A stretch of 64,000 nucleotides of DNA from a virus (Duplodnaviria; Caudoviricetes): IMG/VR virus record IMGVR_UViG_3300032007_000079, positions 3,316-67,315 of that record. One strand, 5' to 3'. The translations under genes and the position numbers were made by a program. This document shows, piece after piece, positions 19,401 to 29,400 of this stretch. The notes beneath the pieces are model-generated. The model made no database searches. It had not been told where the DNA came from and saw only the letters and a list, made by a program, of their open reading frames with translations. The number at the start of each line of letters is the position of its first letter. Positions within the stretch are counted from its first letter, which is position 1.

Positions 19401-21365
19401 GTGATTGAATTGGGAGATCATGTGTTTCTTAAGGAATGGAAAGCAGAGCAAACAAGGCTTATACTGCAAGTACATCCAGAATATGATACCGATAAGATAA
19501 ATAAGACCTTAGACAAATTGATTGATAAACACTTGAAAAATCCTGAGTGTTCGTTAAATAACAACTATCTGAATAGGCAAGCAATGAGCACCGTATTAGA
19601 TATCTATGACTTCATAGATAAGACCAAGCCAATAATGGCTGGTGGTGGCGTATTATTTAGAAATCAACACAAAGCAATCAACCCACCATCATTGTTTCTT
19701 GATGGTGCATTGAAAAAACGTAAGGCTATTAAAAGTCAGTTGAAGTTACATCAGCCTGGTAGTTACGAATATATGATGACAGATCTTCGTCAGATGACTC
19801 AGAAGGTTATTGCAAATAGCTATTATGGTGCAAGTGGTAATGAGACTAGCACATTTTATAATATCTATACAGCATTAGCAACAACCTCAACAGGCCAGGC
19901 ATTGATATCAACTATGATGTGTGCATTTGAGTCATTCTATGCTGATAACATTAAGTTTTATGATGTGGATGATTTTGTGCTTTATGTTTATAATTCAATA
20001 CATCGTAAAGACTCAGATGCCATAAAAATGGACGTTGAGGATATGCCAGATATCACAATCGACGATTTATTGAAGAGGGTTTACTGGTTATTCAAGTCCC
20101 ATGATCAACTCGCCGATGAGAGAGTAAAGCACATTATTGCAGACGTCTTAAATGGACTTAATAAAAATGAGCGCAGATTGTTATATTATTCGTCCAATCT
20201 GTTTGAATTCCTTGAGATACCATCCATTAAGAGTCTATTAGTAGATGATATTATATCCAAAGCTAAGTCATTTAAGGATGCTAATAATGCACCAGATGAA
20301 ATAGTTGATGCATTGGATAAATTATGGGATTATCTGTATTATTGGGTGGTATATAATCATCCAACATATAATCGTATCAACAGACTTAAATTCCAGACCA
20401 GACGTGCAGTACTTACTATTGATACAGATTCTAACTTTGTAGGTATTGGTAAATATGTACGTAATATGATGTCTGATGTAGATATAACAAAGACTGTTGC
20501 TGGTGATATAGACCAGATTATGTATATCATAGTTAATACTATGGCATATGAATTGACTAAGTATTCACAGGTTGTATTGGCAAAGTATGCTAAACTAGCC
20601 AATATACCAGATGATTATGCACCAAGGTTAAACATGAAGAATGAGTACCTGTATATAAGGATAGTTCTATCCAGGAATAAGAAAAACTATATGGGACTTA
20701 TAAGATTGCGTGAAGGGTCTGAAATATTACCTGAAAAGGCTGATATTAAAGGCTTGGCATTTAAGAAGTCCACTACATCAAAAGTCACACAGGATTATTT
20801 CACTAAACTGGTAACCGATGATGTATTAAGGGCTGAACGAATATCTGGATCTACAATCATTAAGAAGGTAAAGGAATACCAAAGGTTTATTGATGAATCA
20901 TTACATAAGGGTGAGAAACTATATCTTACACCATTATCAGTTAAGAATCCAGAAGCATACAAGAAACCATTTAGTACACAAGGTATACGTGGAGTATATG
21001 TATGGAATCTTGCATATCCTGGAATAGCTATAGATTTACCTGATAAAGTAATGGCAGTTCCTGTTAAAATGGAAAAGCCTGAAAAATTGGAACCGCTTAA
21101 ACAGATGGAACCTGAGATATACGAAGCTCTTATGGAAGGTGTGTTTAATAACCCTGGTTGTGAATTTAGGAAGAATGGTATAAATGTAATATGTATACCA
21201 AGCCAGGTTAGTACTGTACCCGATTGGATACTGAACTTCATAGACACCAATAAGATCATTGAAAATAATGTAAGTAAGATCCATCCAGTGTTGGAATCTC
21301 TTGGTATAGGCATTCAGAATACAAGGGCTGGATCTCCGCATTTTACAAATATCGTTACATTCTAG
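19401..21365 (+). CDS. Family-B DNA polymerase, motif B/C (fingers-palm-thumb) subunit of a split enzyme; start may be TTG 19410
   Basis: QKVIANSYYG (motif B), IDTDS (motif C), KKNY...DIKG; no exonuclease motifs and no DxxSLYPS motif A visible. Confidence 0.88.
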   Translation: MIELGDHVFLKEWKAEQTRLILQVHPEYDTDKINKTLDKLIDKHLKNPECSLNNNYLNRQAMSTVLDIYDFIDKTKPIMAGGGVLFRNQHKAINPPSLFLDGALKKRKAIKSQLKLHQPGSYEYMMTDLRQMTQKVIANSYYGASGNETSTFYNIYTALATTSTGQALISTMMCAFESFYADNIKFYDVDDFVLYVYNSIHRKDSDAIKMDVEDMPDITIDDLLKRVYWLFKSHDQLADERVKHIIADVLNGLNKNERRLLYYSSNLFEFLEIPSIKSLLVDDIISKAKSFKDANNAPDEIVDALDKLWDYLYYWVVYNHPTYNRINRLKFQTRRAVLTIDTDSNFVGIGKYVRNMMSDVDITKTVAGDIDQIMYIIVNTMAYELTKYSQVVLAKYAKLANIPDDYAPRLNMKNEYLYIRIVLSRNKKNYMGLIRLREGSEILPEKADIKGLAFKKSTTSKVTQDYFTKLVTDDVLRAERISGSTIIKKVKEYQRFIDESLHKGEKLYLTPLSVKNPEAYKKPFSTQGIRGVYVWNLAYPGIAIDLPDKVMAVPVKMEKPEKLEPLKQMEPEIYEALMEGVFNNPGCEFRKNGINVICIPSQVSTVPDWILNFIDTNKIIENNVSKIHPVLESLGIGIQNTRAGSPHFTNIVTF

Positions 21366-21379
21366 ATAATAAAGTGATT

Positions 21380-21420
21380 GGAGTAGCCAATTTATGGCTA
21401 CTCCTAGCTTTATTTTTTTA
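21380..21420 (+). terminator. Intrinsic terminator after the polymerase gene
   Basis: 10-bp stem ggagtagcca/tggctactcc followed by a T-rich tract. Confidence 0.8.
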
Positions 21421-21480
21421 CCCACATCTGACAAGTGAATAATATTATAAACCTAACAGATAAGGAGGTATCTCCATAAT

Positions 21481-22137
21481 ATGGCTTTACAAAACCAATA
21501 TGGTCTTGGTTATAGTCCTCTAAGCATTAAATATACCAAAGAGAATGCTTATGTACAGGAATCTGTAGCCAATAAAGAAGTAGGTCTGTATGGTATAGTT
21601 GTTAATGAAGATCGCGACGTAGTATCTGCCCAGTATGTAGCAAGATCTAAATATCAGATGGAGACGTTTGTTAATCGTCTGATTGCAGATAATACTATTG
21701 GTAGGATATACAAGATACTGGTCGATGATCAGATAGTACGTACAATCCATGCAGCAAATGTAAATCTGCTTGAAGATGCTGATATTAGTATTAATAATGG
21801 AACCATTTTTATAAAGGGTGTACGTTTTAACTTTGATCTGGATTGGATCGTTAAAAATTATAGCGCCCTTGCATATAATGGAGACATATATATCAAGATT
21901 GTAATGCGTATTAATATCGGTTCTGCATTTAACAGACTGATTATAAATGATACCATTAATCATATTAACAGTAAAGCATATGCACTTGATTATACAGGGC
22001 TTGATGAAAGAGCTGGTGATGTTATACTATCTATTGAATCCATTGAAATCATTCCACCATCTGGCTTTGATTTTGATGTAAACATATTGAGTCTGTATGA
22101 TATCCTTATGGCTGTAATTCCTGCCCACAACAATTAA
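21481..22137 (+). CDS. Hypothetical virion/tail-associated protein
   Basis: RBS AGGAGG; GACA-N6-TA at 21430-21441; first gene of the fibre locus. Confidence 0.7.
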   Translation: MALQNQYGLGYSPLSIKYTKENAYVQESVANKEVGLYGIVVNEDRDVVSAQYVARSKYQMETFVNRLIADNTIGRIYKILVDDQIVRTIHAANVNLLEDADISINNGTIFIKGVRFNFDLDWIVKNYSALAYNGDIYIKIVMRINIGSAFNRLIINDTINHINSKAYALDYTGLDERAGDVILSIESIEIIPPSGFDFDVNILSLYDILMAVIPAHNN

Positions 22138-22151
22138 AGGGGTGATCTAAG

Positions 22152-22628
22152 ATGGCTTCAACTGCAAAACTTGTATATCTATACGATCTATCAGCTAAGG
22201 TCGAAGACACCCTAAGCGTTGACCAGATAGTATCAACCATGATATTTGGTTCATCTGGTGTTGCTGGTGTATATGACCCTGAGCATGTATACAATCCTGG
22301 TGATCTTTGCACATATATTGATGACTATGGTAGGATATATGTGCTTGAATGTATTAAACAGACTGAACAGGGCCCAATAGATTTTGAAGACTGGGCTGAA
22401 TTCAGTATATTGGATAAAATCAATGAGACATCCAATAATCTGGTTATACTTGCTACACTTCGTCCTGATGTGCCTGGTAATAAAGTATGGCTACAATACC
22501 GTGGTGATGAAGGTGGTATACCAGATGGAAACTATGGGCTTATCATCAAGCAGAACTTCATCATATCTGCGGATGAACCGGAAGACTTTACAACTGATAT
22601 AGTCTGGGGTAAAGTACAAGTTGCATAA
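22152..22628 (+). CDS. Tail-associated protein with a CBM5/12-like Trp/Tyr motif
   Basis: YNPGDLCTY...GRIYVLEC...W resembles the YxxGDxVxYxGxxY...W pattern. Confidence 0.5.
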   Translation: MASTAKLVYLYDLSAKVEDTLSVDQIVSTMIFGSSGVAGVYDPEHVYNPGDLCTYIDDYGRIYVLECIKQTEQGPIDFEDWAEFSILDKINETSNNLVILATLRPDVPGNKVWLQYRGDEGGIPDGNYGLIIKQNFIISADEPEDFTTDIVWGKVQVA

Positions 22629-22643
22629 ATTGTTACTACATAC

Positions 22644-22679
22644 ATATAGTTCGGATCAATCAAACGATCCGAACTATAT
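22644..22679. terminator. 14-bp hairpin
   Basis: atatagttcggatc/gatccgaactatat. Confidence 0.6.
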
Positions 22680-22746
22680 AGTAACGGATATCATGTACAA
22701 GTGTTGTACATGGATTCAATAAATCTATAAGTGAGGTAAAGATTCT

Positions 22747-23625
22747 ATGGCAGAGTATAATATTACTATCCTGCAGAAGAACGAATCTGGCACTTTGGAC
22801 ACCTACTATCCAAAAACCATTGCTGCACAGGTTACTGAATCAACCACTCAGCAGTTCGTAAGTGCTGCTAAGAAGACTCAGTATGATGAAAACACCCTGT
22901 ACACCAATGCTACCCCGATTGTAGAACCTACAGGTCAGATTGAACCTGGTGACACGTTCACCAATGAACCTGTCAAGAATATGCTGACTAAGATCTTGTA
23001 TCCGTATGTGAAACCTGAAATCAGCGGTACTGCATCTGTTCCCTCTCGTGTAATCGAGAAGGGTGTTGGCACTACTGTTGCTAGCGTTGTTGCTACGGTT
23101 ATCAAGAAATCTGAAGCGATTACCAATGTTGATCTGTATAACGGATCTACGCTGGTTGAATCCAAAACCGATAGTGTTGCCAGCGGTGGCACCATTACGT
23201 TTAATCAGTCCATTACCATCACTGATAGCACGGTACTGAAAGTTAAAGCTACCGATGGCAAACCTACTACGGTTGAAGCTGTTGCTGCTGAATATACTTG
23301 TGTATACCCGTTCTATCATGGTGCAGTTGCTGAAGGCGCAACCATTGACTCCGCTGCTGTTGTTGCTTTGACCAAAGACGTTGCTGCTAAGGGCGAACGT
23401 ACTTACAGCTTCGATCTGGACGACAGCTGTGCTGTTATTGCTTTCCCTGCTTCTTATGGTGATGCTGTTAAGATTGAAGACGTTAACGGATTTAATCTGT
23501 TACCGGCTTTCACTAAGAGTCAGGTATCTGTAACTTGTGCTGACAGCACAAATCAGACCTACAACGTATATGTTAAAGACGCCGCTACTGCTACTGGCTG
23601 CGTATTGACTGTTAAATTTGAATAA
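22747..23625 (+). CDS. Virion fibre/decoration-type protein
   Basis: Thr/Ala/Val-rich, N-terminal DTYYPKTIAAQV motif, high-expression codon usage. Confidence 0.65.
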   Translation: MAEYNITILQKNESGTLDTYYPKTIAAQVTESTTQQFVSAAKKTQYDENTLYTNATPIVEPTGQIEPGDTFTNEPVKNMLTKILYPYVKPEISGTASVPSRVIEKGVGTTVASVVATVIKKSEAITNVDLYNGSTLVESKTDSVASGGTITFNQSITITDSTVLKVKATDGKPTTVEAVAAEYTCVYPFYHGAVAEGATIDSAAVVALTKDVAAKGERTYSFDLDDSCAVIAFPASYGDAVKIEDVNGFNLLPAFTKSQVSVTCADSTNQTYNVYVKDAATATGCVLTVKFE

Positions 23626-23639
23626 GGGAGGACACTACT

Positions 23640-24680
23640 ATGGCTAAAGCTTTTGCAAAAGGTATCAGCGTAGTAAACGGGTTCTCTCTGGGTCAGAAAG
23701 CACCCCTGGACTATCGCTATACAGTCGCTACTATCGCTGAACGCGATGCTCACGTAACCAACAATCGTGCCTATGAAGGTATGTTGGTTTATGTTGAAGC
23801 TACAAAAACCATCTATAAATATACCGGCTCTGCATGGGTTGAATTTGGCGTTACTCAGGATACCACTGTATCCGTTTCTGGTGACGTTAACGATGCAACC
23901 TTCCATGTAGGTGACCGCGCTACTGAAAGTTTGACTCTGACACTGCAGAACATTCTGACTGCTGGCACTGGCTGCAAGATCACTGTTAATGCTAAAGGTT
24001 TGGTTACTGCTATCGCTGCTCTTGATGCTGCTGATATCCCAACCCTGACGCTGTCTAAGATCTCTGATGCTGGTACTGCTGCTGCTAAAGATGCTGCTCT
24101 GTCTGGTGTTGGTAAAGTTGCCTTGATCGGTGAAGACGGCAAACTGTCCACTGATATCATTCCGGCACTTGCTTTGACTGACATCACTGTTGTTGACACC
24201 GAAGCTGAAATGCTGGCTCTGATCGCACAGGCTGGTGACGTTGCTGTACGTACAGATCTGTCCAAGACCTTCATGCTGAAACAGGCTCCTGCTTCTACCC
24301 TGGCTAACTGGGTTGAACTGCGTACTCCTGCTGATGCTGTTAGCTCTGTTAACGGTAAAGTTGGTGCAGTAGTTCTGGGTACCGATGACATTGCTGAAGG
24401 CAGCTCAAATCTGTATTACACTGATGCACGTGCAACTGCTAACTTCACCACTAACTTTGCACTGGCAAGCTCCACGAGCCTGGCAGATACTGCAAACATC
24501 GTTTATGTTGGTGATGCTATTGCTGCTACCTGCATTACTGAAGATTCAACGCATCGGTTTGTAACTGACGCACAGATTGAACGCTGGAACTCTACCACCA
24601 AGATTCTGGTTGGTAACGATGCTTCCTCCGCTGTATCTTCAATGAACACTGGTGATTTCTACTACGAAATCAGTGCGTAA
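23640..24680 (+). CDS. Tail/whisker fibre-like protein
   Basis: APLDYRYTVATIAERDA...YEGMLVYV and VSSVNGKVGAVVL fibre motifs; Ala/Thr-rich. Confidence 0.7.
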   Translation: MAKAFAKGISVVNGFSLGQKAPLDYRYTVATIAERDAHVTNNRAYEGMLVYVEATKTIYKYTGSAWVEFGVTQDTTVSVSGDVNDATFHVGDRATESLTLTLQNILTAGTGCKITVNAKGLVTAIAALDAADIPTLTLSKISDAGTAAAKDAALSGVGKVALIGEDGKLSTDIIPALALTDITVVDTEAEMLALIAQAGDVAVRTDLSKTFMLKQAPASTLANWVELRTPADAVSSVNGKVGAVVLGTDDIAEGSSNLYYTDARATANFTTNFALASSTSLADTANIVYVGDAIAATCITEDSTHRFVTDAQIERWNSTTKILVGNDASSAVSSMNTGDFYYEISA

Positions 24681-24693
24681 TTGGACAAATAAT

Positions 24694-24728
24694 AGTATAG
24701 GATGACTACGGTCATCCTATACTTTTTA
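24694..24728 (+). terminator. Intrinsic terminator with a cUACGg tetraloop
   Basis: 13-bp stem agtataggatgac-tacg-gtcatcctatact followed by a T tract. Confidence 0.88.
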
Positions 24729-24814
24729 ACCTATTATACCTCAGATCTATAGCACCTTCGGTAGCCAGACAAGTAGTTAAACTTATAATTTATGTAAAGG
24801 AGGAGACCTCCAAT

Positions 24815-26431
24815 ATGGCTAGATTTACCCCTGACCTTGATCTTATTGGCAGTTATGTACATGCTGTATACAGGTACAAAACTGGCGAAGTAGATCGGGA
24901 TGGTAATCCTATTTATAGACCGATTGTGTTTCAGAACGATCTGGAAGACATAACTATGCAATTTGACAACATGGACATCATTAATTTCAACCCGGCTGTT
25001 AGTGAAGAAGCTGTGGAAGCGTTCAGAAATGCTGTCACCAATCTTGATTCCAACATTCAGGAAGATATTGCTGATAAAAAACTGGACCTGTTCCAATACA
25101 TGAACCATGTTGCTAATTTTATACATGTCGGCTCAAAGCTATTCCCTGCACGAGCTGATATCCCAACCAAATTATCACAGATGATAAATGATGCTGGTTA
25201 CCTTAAACAAGATGATCCTGTTCCATCAGCATCTAAAGCTGATGTAGCAACCAAGCTTGAAACATCGCGTAGTTTCAGTATTATTGGTAAGGCTACTGCA
25301 ACAGCTAAATATTTTAATGGTACTGGTGATGTTGTATTAAAAATAGATACCGTTAATGCTGATAAGGATATTGATGGTAACGACATTGCAACCACATACG
25401 TTAAAAAGACCCAGATAGTTACAGGTGATAGTAATGGCACCATTAACGTATCTGGTACAGACATTTCTGTTAGAGGTCTAAAATCTGGTGCTTATGCTGA
25501 TGCATATGTACATCCTACTACTGCTGGTAATAAACATATTCCAGCTGGTGGAAGCAATGGCCAGATCCTTAAATACTCTTCCTCTGGTACTGCTACATGG
25601 GCTAATGAGTATTCCTACACCCATCCTACCACGGCTGGTAACAAACACATTCCTACTGGTGGTTCTAGCGGTCAAGTATTGAAATACGGTGGATCGTCTG
25701 GTACTGCAAGTTGGGGTACATTAACTGCATCTGATGTAGGTGCGTTAGCATCTAATGGAACAGCCGTTAAAGCTACAGCAGATGCCAATGGTAATAATAT
25801 TGCCAGTACATATGCTACCAAAGATGAAGTATCTGCAATTCCTAAGTTTACTATACAGGTAGTACAATCTCTTCCAACAACAAACATTAGTCCTACCACA
25901 GTATATCTGTTGGCAACTGACACTGAGTCACAGAACATGTACACTGAGTACATCTATGTGAACAACAAATGGGAGAAACTTGGTACACAGAATGTTGATC
26001 TTTCTGAGTATGCATTAAAATCTGATATCACTACTGGTTCTACTAATGGTACTATCGCTGTTGCTGGCACAAATGTGGCCGTTAAAGGCTTAAAATCTGG
26101 TGCTTATGCTGATAAATATGAGCATCCTACTACTGCTGGTAATAAACATATCCCATCTGGTGGTTCTAGTGGACAGGTACTGAAATACTCTGCATCCGGT
26201 ACAGCTACTTGGGCTACGTTAACTGCTGCTGATGTTGGTGCTGCTCCTAGTACGATAGATACTGGTGTAATGAGCGTTGCTACTGGTTCTACTAATGGTA
26301 CTTTATCTGTAGATGGTACTGATGTAGCTGTTAAAGGGTTAGGCTCTGCAGCATTTATCAATACACCATGGAATTCATCATATAATCTCGTATCGCCAGC
26401 TGAATGGTCGATATGGGTTTCTGATAATTAA
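24815..26431 (+). CDS. Tail fibre-like repeat protein (538 aa)
   Basis: Repeated HPTTAGNKHIPxGG and TGSTNGTxxVxGTxVxVKGL modules shared with the next gene; RBS AAGGAGG; GACA-N6-TA at 24768-24779. Confidence 0.8.
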   Translation: MARFTPDLDLIGSYVHAVYRYKTGEVDRDGNPIYRPIVFQNDLEDITMQFDNMDIINFNPAVSEEAVEAFRNAVTNLDSNIQEDIADKKLDLFQYMNHVANFIHVGSKLFPARADIPTKLSQMINDAGYLKQDDPVPSASKADVATKLETSRSFSIIGKATATAKYFNGTGDVVLKIDTVNADKDIDGNDIATTYVKKTQIVTGDSNGTINVSGTDISVRGLKSGAYADAYVHPTTAGNKHIPAGGSNGQILKYSSSGTATWANEYSYTHPTTAGNKHIPTGGSSGQVLKYGGSSGTASWGTLTASDVGALASNGTAVKATADANGNNIASTYATKDEVSAIPKFTIQVVQSLPTTNISPTTVYLLATDTESQNMYTEYIYVNNKWEKLGTQNVDLSEYALKSDITTGSTNGTIAVAGTNVAVKGLKSGAYADKYEHPTTAGNKHIPSGGSSGQVLKYSASGTATWATLTAADVGAAPSTIDTGVMSVATGSTNGTLSVDGTDVAVKGLGSAAFINTPWNSSYNLVSPAEWSIWVSDN

Positions 26432-26451
26432 TACGAAAGGATTATGAAGCA

Positions 26452-29400
26452 ATGAGTGCAAACACTATTAACGTAACTCCTTATCGTAAGGAATCTAATG
26501 GAACGATGTCAGAGTTCCGTTTTGCATCAACTGGTAAACTGGTTGATCTTGCTGACTTTGTCCCATATTCTAATGCGGAGATTGCAAATTATGATGTTGA
26601 TGATATAGCAAATGTAGCATCAACTGATGATGTTGACTCTGCAATTAAGAAGTTGGATGGCAAAGTTAGAATACTTAGTAGGGATAAAGTAAATGATGTA
26701 GATTTGGCTTCAGTGGCCAAATCAGGTTCATATGCTGATTTATCCAATAAACCAACGATACCAACTAAGGTATCTGATCTAACTAACGATAGTGGTTTTT
26801 TAACAGATGTAAGTTGGGATGATATAGATGATAAACCATCTTCATTCACTCCCAGTGCTCATAACCATACAAGTGCTAATGTAACGGCTTTAACTGGTTA
26901 TGCTAAAGCTGCAGCTGCTGGTGAAATAGCTGCTAGCGATTCACTAAATGTAGCGCTTGGTAAGATACAGAAGACACTGGATGCTAAGCAGAACAGTGGT
27001 GATGTAATTGCTGAAGCGACAAAAGCAACCAAGGATGGTTCCGGTAACGTAATTACATCAACATATGCTACCAAAGAGGAACTGTCTGCAATTCCTAAAT
27101 TCGGTATCACTGTAGTAGATTCATTACCAGCTACTGGTGATAATGCTACTGTATACCTTGTTCGTACAGGTGATGAATCAGGCAATCTATACACTGAATA
27201 CGTGTATGTAAATAATAAATGGGAAGAGCTTGGTACTCAGGAAGTAGATCTATCAAACTATGCAACGCTTGATGATCTACCTACTAAGTTATCAGATCTT
27301 ACCAATGATAGTGGGTTTATAACCGCTAATGGCACAGTTGCTCATGCAACAACTGCTACCTCAGCAACTAAGGATTCAGCAAATAACACCATTAATACAA
27401 CCTATATTAAGGGTGTTACATATTCAGGACACACAGTTACTGTTACTAAAGGTGACAATACAAGTACAACATTTAATACTGCTGATACTACATATGATGC
27501 TGCTGATGGATCACATCTTGGTTTAGTCCAGATTGGTGCTAATATCAGTTCATCTAATGGTATAATTAGTTTAACGCAGTCTAATGTTACTTCTGCTTTG
27601 GGATATACTCCACCAAGACAGGATACCACCTATGATGTATTTGATGGTGCAACAGAAACTGAAGCCGGTACAGCTGGATTAGTACCTGCCCCTGGAGCAG
27701 GTACACAGAATAAATATTTAAAGGCTGATGGTAGTTGGGATACTCCCCCAATTGTTACATACGATACAATGACAGCTGCTGAAATAACAGCAGGTACATC
27801 TACTACAGCACGAGTTGTAAGTGCTAAAGTAATATCTGATTTTGTATCTGATGAAATTGATGATATTGATACTGGTGTTATGAGTGTTACAACAGGTAGC
27901 GCTAATGGCACTATCTCTGTAGATGGATCAAATGTATCTGTTAAGGGATTAGGATCTGCTGCTTATACAGCATCTACGGCTTATGCAGCTGCTTCACATA
28001 ACCAGGCATCCAATACTATCAATGCTATGACAGGTTATTCCAAACCATCAAGCACTTCAGCTATCGGTACATCCGATACATTGAATGCTGCTATTGGTAA
28101 ACTGGAAAAAGCCTTAGACGGTAAACAGGCATCTGGAAGCTATGCTGCTGCAAGTCATACCCATCCAGCCAGCGATATAGTAACAATGACTGGTTATTCT
28201 AAACCATCTAGCACTTCAGCTATCGGTACATCTGATACATTGAATGCTGCTATTGGTAAACTGGAAAAAGCCTTAGACGGTAAACAGGCAACATTATCTG
28301 ACTTAACAGCAGATGAATTAGCTACTGGTACAGCTACACAGTCTCGTACTGTTACTGCTAAAGTAATAGCTGACTATGTTGCTGATGAAATAGGTGATAT
28401 TAATACTGGCGTTATGTCTGTAGTTACCGGTGCATCAAATGGCTCAGTAGCTGTTGATGGTACTGATGTATACGTTAAAGGTCTTGGTACTGCTGCATAT
28501 ACTAATAGTACTGCTTATGCTGCTGCATCTCATGGTAATCATGTACCAACTACACAGACAGCAAGTAATAAGGTATTTTTACGTAATGACAATACCTGGC
28601 AAACAGTAACACCTGCTAACATTGGTGCAGCCGCTGCTTCACATAATCAGGCATCCAGTACTATAAATGCTATGACAGGTTATTCCAAACCTACAAGCAC
28701 TTCAGCTATCGGTACATCCGATACATTAAATGCTGCTATTGGTAAACTGGAAAAAGCCTTAGATGATAAAGCACCAAGTACGATAGATACTGGTGTTATG
28801 AGTGTAACCGAAGGTGCAACTAATGGCACAATTTCAGTTGATGGTACTGATGTTCCAGTTCATGGATTGGCATCTGGTGCTTACGCTGATGCATATGTAC
28901 ATCCAACAACAGCTGGCAATAAACATATCCCATCTGGTGGATCATCTGGTCAGATCTTAAAATGGTCTGCTGCAGGTACTGCTACATGGGCTGCTGAATA
29001 TAGTTATACACATCCGACATCTGCTGGTAACAAACACATTCCTACTGGTGGTGCTACCGGTAATGTATTGAAATATGGTGGATCTTCGGGTACCGCTTCT
29101 TGGGGTACATTAACTGCATCTGATGTTGGTGCATTGGCATCTAACGGAACAGCTGTAAGAGCTACAGCTGATGCATCTGGTAATACTATTACTACCACAT
29201 ATGCTACCAAAGATGAAGTATCCGCAATTCCTAAATTTGCGATCAGTGTAGTTGACTCATTACCTGATACAGGTGCTGCTTCTACTATTTACTTAGTGAC
29301 AACCGGTACTGAAACTGATAATCTATATACTGAATATATTTACGTGGATGATGCTTGGGAAAAACTTGGTACACAGAGAGTTGATCTTTCTGGGTATGCA

